Positions 14,494-17,214 of a stretch of DNA of 17,214 bases are shown here, one piece after another. The notes beneath the pieces were generated by a model. The model saw only the letters and a list, made by a program, of their open reading frames with translations. It ran no database searches and was not told where the DNA came from. The number at the start of each line of letters is the position of its first letter. Position 1 is the stretch's first letter. Both the position numbers and the translations under genes were made by a program. Source of the stretch: a virus; UHGV virus genome UHGV-0135926; one strand, written 5' to 3'.

Positions 14494-14502
14494 TGTTACA
14501 AT
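14494..14502 (+). promoter_or_regulatory. Candidate extended -10 promoter for the moron gene
   Basis: TGtTACAAT (TG at 14494-14495, hexamer 14497-14502) about 36 nt upstream of the ATG at 14538. No convincing -35. Confidence 0.3.
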
Positions 14503-14537
14503 AGCCGCAAGCAAAACGACAACACAAAGGCGGCATA

Positions 14538-14780
14538 ATGAAATTAACATCTGTTCATATCGAAACTCTGAGTCGCGCAAGCGCTCTTGGACCACGTGAA
14601 ACAATTCAATCTTCTGATCTTCCTCACATTCCAGCGGAAGCGGTGAATTTTGCTATTTCTGATCTCGCTGAGTTGGGTCTGGTAAATGCTGTGCAGAGTA
14701 CGTCTGATTGTGACGACAGCTGGATAGTGAATAGAATTACGTCTAAAGGGAATAGCTATTTAATTGATCTTGAGTCTTAA
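14538..14780 (+). CDS. Moron-encoded small acidic protein (80 aa), function unknown
   Basis: ATG 14538 with AAAGG 7 nt upstream. AT-richer than flanking genes. Sits between tR' and the holin gene, with its own candidate promoter and terminator. Confidence 0.55.
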   Translation: MKLTSVHIETLSRASALGPRETIQSSDLPHIPAEAVNFAISDLAELGLVNAVQSTSDCDDSWIVNRITSKGNSYLIDLES

Positions 14781-14817
14781 CTATCTGATTAATAAATAGG
14801 TACACCACATTTATTAA

Positions 14818-14840
14818 GGCTGCCTTCTGGTGGCCTTTTT
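14818..14840 (+). terminator. Candidate intrinsic terminator after the moron gene
   Basis: RNA stem GGCUGCC / GGUGGCC (two G-U pairs), loop UUCU, followed by UUUUU (14836-14840). Confidence 0.45.
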
Positions 14841-15021
14841 CATATTCAGGGCTCACTGACGGACGGCTCATAACCCAATCCGACAGGCGCTTGCGCAGAG
14901 CCCGTTCTGATTCAGGATCACGGGAATCATCCTCGATACGCATTGTTGATAAATCCAGCCCGTGAAGCCTGATCCTCCTTTCATCACACAGCGCCATCCG
15001 AACTATCGGAGGTGAGAGACC

Positions 15022-15357
15022 ATGAAAATGCACAACGACCCTCACTCCTGGACGGAGTTAATTGAGTTACTTCATAGCTGGTGGCGCGGTGATACGCCAA
15101 TGGGTGCCGTCCTTTTATCGGTAGCGATGGCTGTACTGCGAATTGCGTATGTCGGCGGTGGCTGGAAAAAGATGGTGCTGGAAGGGTTGATGTGTGGCGC
15201 CATGACGCTGACGGCTGTTTCCGCACTCGAGTATTTCAACCTTCCACAGTCTCTTTCCATCGCTATCGGTGGCGCGCTGGGTTTCGTTGGCGTTGAGCAG
15301 GTGCGCTCAATGGCCACGCGTGTTTTCAACGTTCGCTTTGGTGGCGACGCCAAGTAA
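15022..15357 (+). CDS. Class I holin (lambda S-like) with dual-start motif
   Basis: N-terminal M-K-M dual start, three predicted transmembrane segments, charged C-terminus, GGAGG upstream. First gene of the lysis cassette. Confidence 0.8.
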   Translation: MKMHNDPHSWTELIELLHSWWRGDTPMGAVLLSVAMAVLRIAYVGGGWKKMVLEGLMCGAMTLTAVSALEYFNLPQSLSIAIGGALGFVGVEQVRSMATRVFNVRFGGDAK

Positions 15358-15366
15358 GGGATCCCC

Positions 15367-15981
15367 ATGAACCAACAACAATTTCAGCAGGCGGCTGGTA
15401 TCAGCGCCGGGCTTTCTGCACGCTGGTTTCTGCACATTGATGCGGCAATGAAAGAGTTTGGAATTACAGCAGTTAACGATCAGGCCATGTTCATTGCACA
15501 AGTTGGGCATGAATCTGCTGGTTTTACCTCGCTGGTCGAGAGCTTCAACTACTCGGTAGACGGGCTGAAGAAAACCTTTGGTAAGCGCTTGACGCCGTAC
15601 CAGTGCGAAATACTGGGGCGTGTCGATGGTAAACAGGTCGCTCACCAGCCACAAATAGCCAATCTGGTTTACGGTGACCGTATGGGGAATAACAGCCAGG
15701 GTGACGGCTGGAAATATCGCGGTCGTGGCCTGCTTCAAATCACCGGCCGCGAGAACTACACCAAATGCGGTTCGGCGCTGAAGCTTGACCTTGTCAGTAC
15801 GCCAGAACTTCTGACGCAAGAGCGACATGCGGCTCGTTCGGCGGCGTGGTACTTCACCATGCGTGGTTGTCTGCTTTATTCGGGCGACATCGTGCGTGTC
15901 ACGCAGATCATCAATGGTGGCCAGAATGGACTGACTGACCGTAAGGTGCGTTACAGCCGGTCGCTGGCGGAGCTGTCATGA
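15367..15981 (+). CDS. Endolysin, glycoside hydrolase family 19 type
   Basis: 204 aa; GH19-like motifs FIAQVGHESAGF and LLQITGRENY. No N-terminal signal-anchor, so a canonical holin-dependent endolysin. AAGGGA upstream. Confidence 0.85.
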   Translation: MNQQQFQQAAGISAGLSARWFLHIDAAMKEFGITAVNDQAMFIAQVGHESAGFTSLVESFNYSVDGLKKTFGKRLTPYQCEILGRVDGKQVAHQPQIANLVYGDRMGNNSQGDGWKYRGRGLLQITGRENYTKCGSALKLDLVSTPELLTQERHAARSAAWYFTMRGCLLYSGDIVRVTQIINGGQNGLTDRKVRYSRSLAELS

Positions 15982-16379
15982 TGGCGCTTATCACTCTCTT
16001 TGGTTTGTTTAAAGCGCATTGGCGCTGGTGGCTGACTATCGTTGCGCTGGTTATCTTCTCCTGGCTCTGGAATGAAAATACTCGCATCAGTGCCAGCCTG
16101 AACACGCTACAGGATGCGAACGACAGCAACCGCGCTGTAATGGATAACGTACTGAAAACCGTTGCCATCACCAATATGATTCTGGGAGCTAACCAGCATG
16201 CAAAAAACCAGATCGCACTGGAGTCACAGAGAACTCAGGAAGATATCAAAGTGGCTGTTGCGGGTGATGATTGCTCTCGCCGGCCTGTTCCTGCTGCAGC
16301 TGCTGACCGGCTGCGGCAATACGCGGACGGTGTACGTACCAGTGCCGCAGCAACCAGTTCCGTCCAATCTGACCGCTGA
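15978..16379 (+). CDS. Rz: Rz-like inner-membrane spanin (i-spanin)
   Basis: ATGA overlap with the endolysin stop. N-terminal transmembrane segment (WWLTIVALVIFSWLW) followed by a predicted coiled-coil periplasmic domain. Confidence 0.75.
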   Translation: MMALITLFGLFKAHWRWWLTIVALVIFSWLWNENTRISASLNTLQDANDSNRAVMDNVLKTVAITNMILGANQHAKNQIALESQRTQEDIKVAVAGDDCSRRPVPAAAADRLRQYADGVRTSAAATSSVQSDR

Positions 16380-16521
16380 AACCCCGCAGCCATATATTCC
16401 AGACCCGCTGACCTATGGGGCCAGTCTTGATCTGAATGTGAGCCTACTGGGGGCGTTGGGGATGTGTAACAGGGATAAAGCAGACATTCGAACGATTGAG
16501 CAATCACGAGCCTCGCAATAG
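16198..16521 (+). CDS. Rz1: Rz1-like outer-membrane lipoprotein spanin (o-spanin), overlapping Rz in the +1 frame
   Basis: Lipobox LLTGC followed by a Pro-rich mature region (VYVPVPQQPVPSNLTAETPQPYIPDP). True start uncertain: ATG 16198, or internal TTG/ATG near 16258-16267 giving a conventional signal peptide. Extends beyond the Rz stop. Confidence 0.6.
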   Translation: MQKTRSHWSHRELRKISKWLLRVMIALAGLFLLQLLTGCGNTRTVYVPVPQQPVPSNLTAETPQPYIPDPLTYGASLDLNVSLLGALGMCNRDKADIRTIEQSRASQ

Positions 16522-16532
16522 CGGGGCTTTTT
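16509..16532 (+). terminator. Candidate terminator at the end of the lysis cassette
   Basis: Stem agcctcgc (16509-16516) / gcggggct (16521-16528) with one U-G pair, loop aata, then TTTTT. Overlaps the Rz1 stop. Confidence 0.5.
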
Positions 16533-16544
16533 AACAACAGAGGT

Positions 16545-16748
16545 ATGAGTATGGCAGTAGTTCTTACAGCTAAGCAGATTGAGGACCTGGCAGCCTTTGC
16601 GAAGGAAGATGGTCAGCCCCAATACACCATTACCACTGGGACAATCCCGGAATTCGAAGCGGAAGATGGCGAGATTATCCCTGAATATAAAGGGCTGATC
16701 GCCTACTCAGAGTCACTTGAGCACGGTGTGCTGCAACTCGACGACTAG
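16545..16748 (+). CDS. Small acidic hypothetical protein (67 aa)
   Basis: ATG 16545 with AGAGG upstream. Very acidic, no recognisable motif. Lies between the lysis cassette and the HNH gene. Confidence 0.45.
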   Translation: MSMAVVLTAKQIEDLAAFAKEDGQPQYTITTGTIPEFEAEDGEIIPEYKGLIAYSESLEHGVLQLDD

Positions 16749-16813
16749 CGGCATTACAGCAGGCATTCACTGAGTGCCTGCGATAATGCTATGCGTTTTT
16801 TTGGGGAGTGAAT

Positions 16814-17164
16814 ATGCCACCGCGCACACCGAAGGCTTGTCGCGTTCGCGGCTGTCGGAACACCACAACAGACCCGTCTGGCTACTGTGAAAATCACAAA
16901 GGTGAAGGCTGGAAGTCCTATAAGCCAGGTCAATCACGGCAGCAGCGTGGATACGGAACAAAGTGGGAAGTCATACGGGAGCGGATACTTAAGCGCGACA
17001 AAGGGCTGTGTCAGAACCATCTTCGGCAGGGAGTAGTGAAGCAGGCGTCCTGCGTGGACCATATCAAAGCGAAGGCCCACGGCGGCACTGATGAAGACAG
17101 CAACCTTGAAAGCCTGTGTTGGTCGTGTCACGCAGCGAAGACTGCGCGTGAACGGCTCAAATGA
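16814..17164 (+). CDS. HNH endonuclease (terminase-associated type)
   Basis: ATG 16814 with GGGGAG 5 nt upstream (the track begins at GTG 16808). Cys-rich N-terminus (CRVRGCRN…CENH) and HNH core (…CQNH…CVDHIKAKAHGG…NLESLCWSCHAAK). Confidence 0.8.
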   Translation: MPPRTPKACRVRGCRNTTTDPSGYCENHKGEGWKSYKPGQSRQQRGYGTKWEVIRERILKRDKGLCQNHLRQGVVKQASCVDHIKAKAHGGTDEDSNLESLCWSCHAAKTARERLK

Positions 17165-17214
17165 GAATATATGTCATTATCAGTTGGGGTGGGGGGAGGT
17201 ATAATCTCTGCGAC

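Noticed and set aside
14743-15828. Minus-strand ORFs antisense to the moron-holin-endolysin region (14743-15045, 14984-15226, 15072-15368, 15307-15828)
   Set aside because: They overlap confidently assigned lysis genes on the opposite strand, lack start signals, and would oppose the late operon direction.

Overview
The window reads as one contiguous block of a lambdoid (lambda/P22-like) temperate phage or prophage from an enterobacterial host. From left to right: (i) a leftward early operon on the minus strand (342-5336) of about ten tightly coupled genes, including homologues of the E. coli CPS-53 YfdP/YfdQ/YfdR trio, an Ead/Ea22-like protein, a DEDDh 3'-5' exonuclease and a PrtN-like DNA-binding protein; (ii) a ~460-nt untranslated, highly structured pL leader (5337-5800) with an intrinsic terminator and no N-like ORF; (iii) an immunity region with a LexA-like (S24 peptidase) CI repressor, GTAC-core operators, an apparently leaderless pRM and a divergent Cro; (iv) a rightward early operon with a YdaT-like CII analogue, an iteron-containing replication initiator, tandem Dam-like N6-adenine and multi-repeat C5-cytosine methyltransferases, RusA, a Rha/KilAC protein and a DUF968 protein; (v) a Q-type late antiterminator with a lambda-like pR'/tR'; (vi) a small moron with its own promoter and terminator ahead of the lysis genes; (vii) a lysis cassette (class I holin with dual start, GH19 endolysin, overlapping Rz/Rz1 spanins); (viii) an HNH endonuclease at the start of the packaging region. 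I saw no rRNA, tRNA, CRISPR array, IS element or attachment site. The ORF track accepts GTG/TTG starts, so several starts below were re-chosen from RBS and overlap evidence. All family assignments come from motif recognition by eye and memory, not from database searches. The least explained parts are the structured pL leader, the seven-repeat C5 methyltransferase and the moron.
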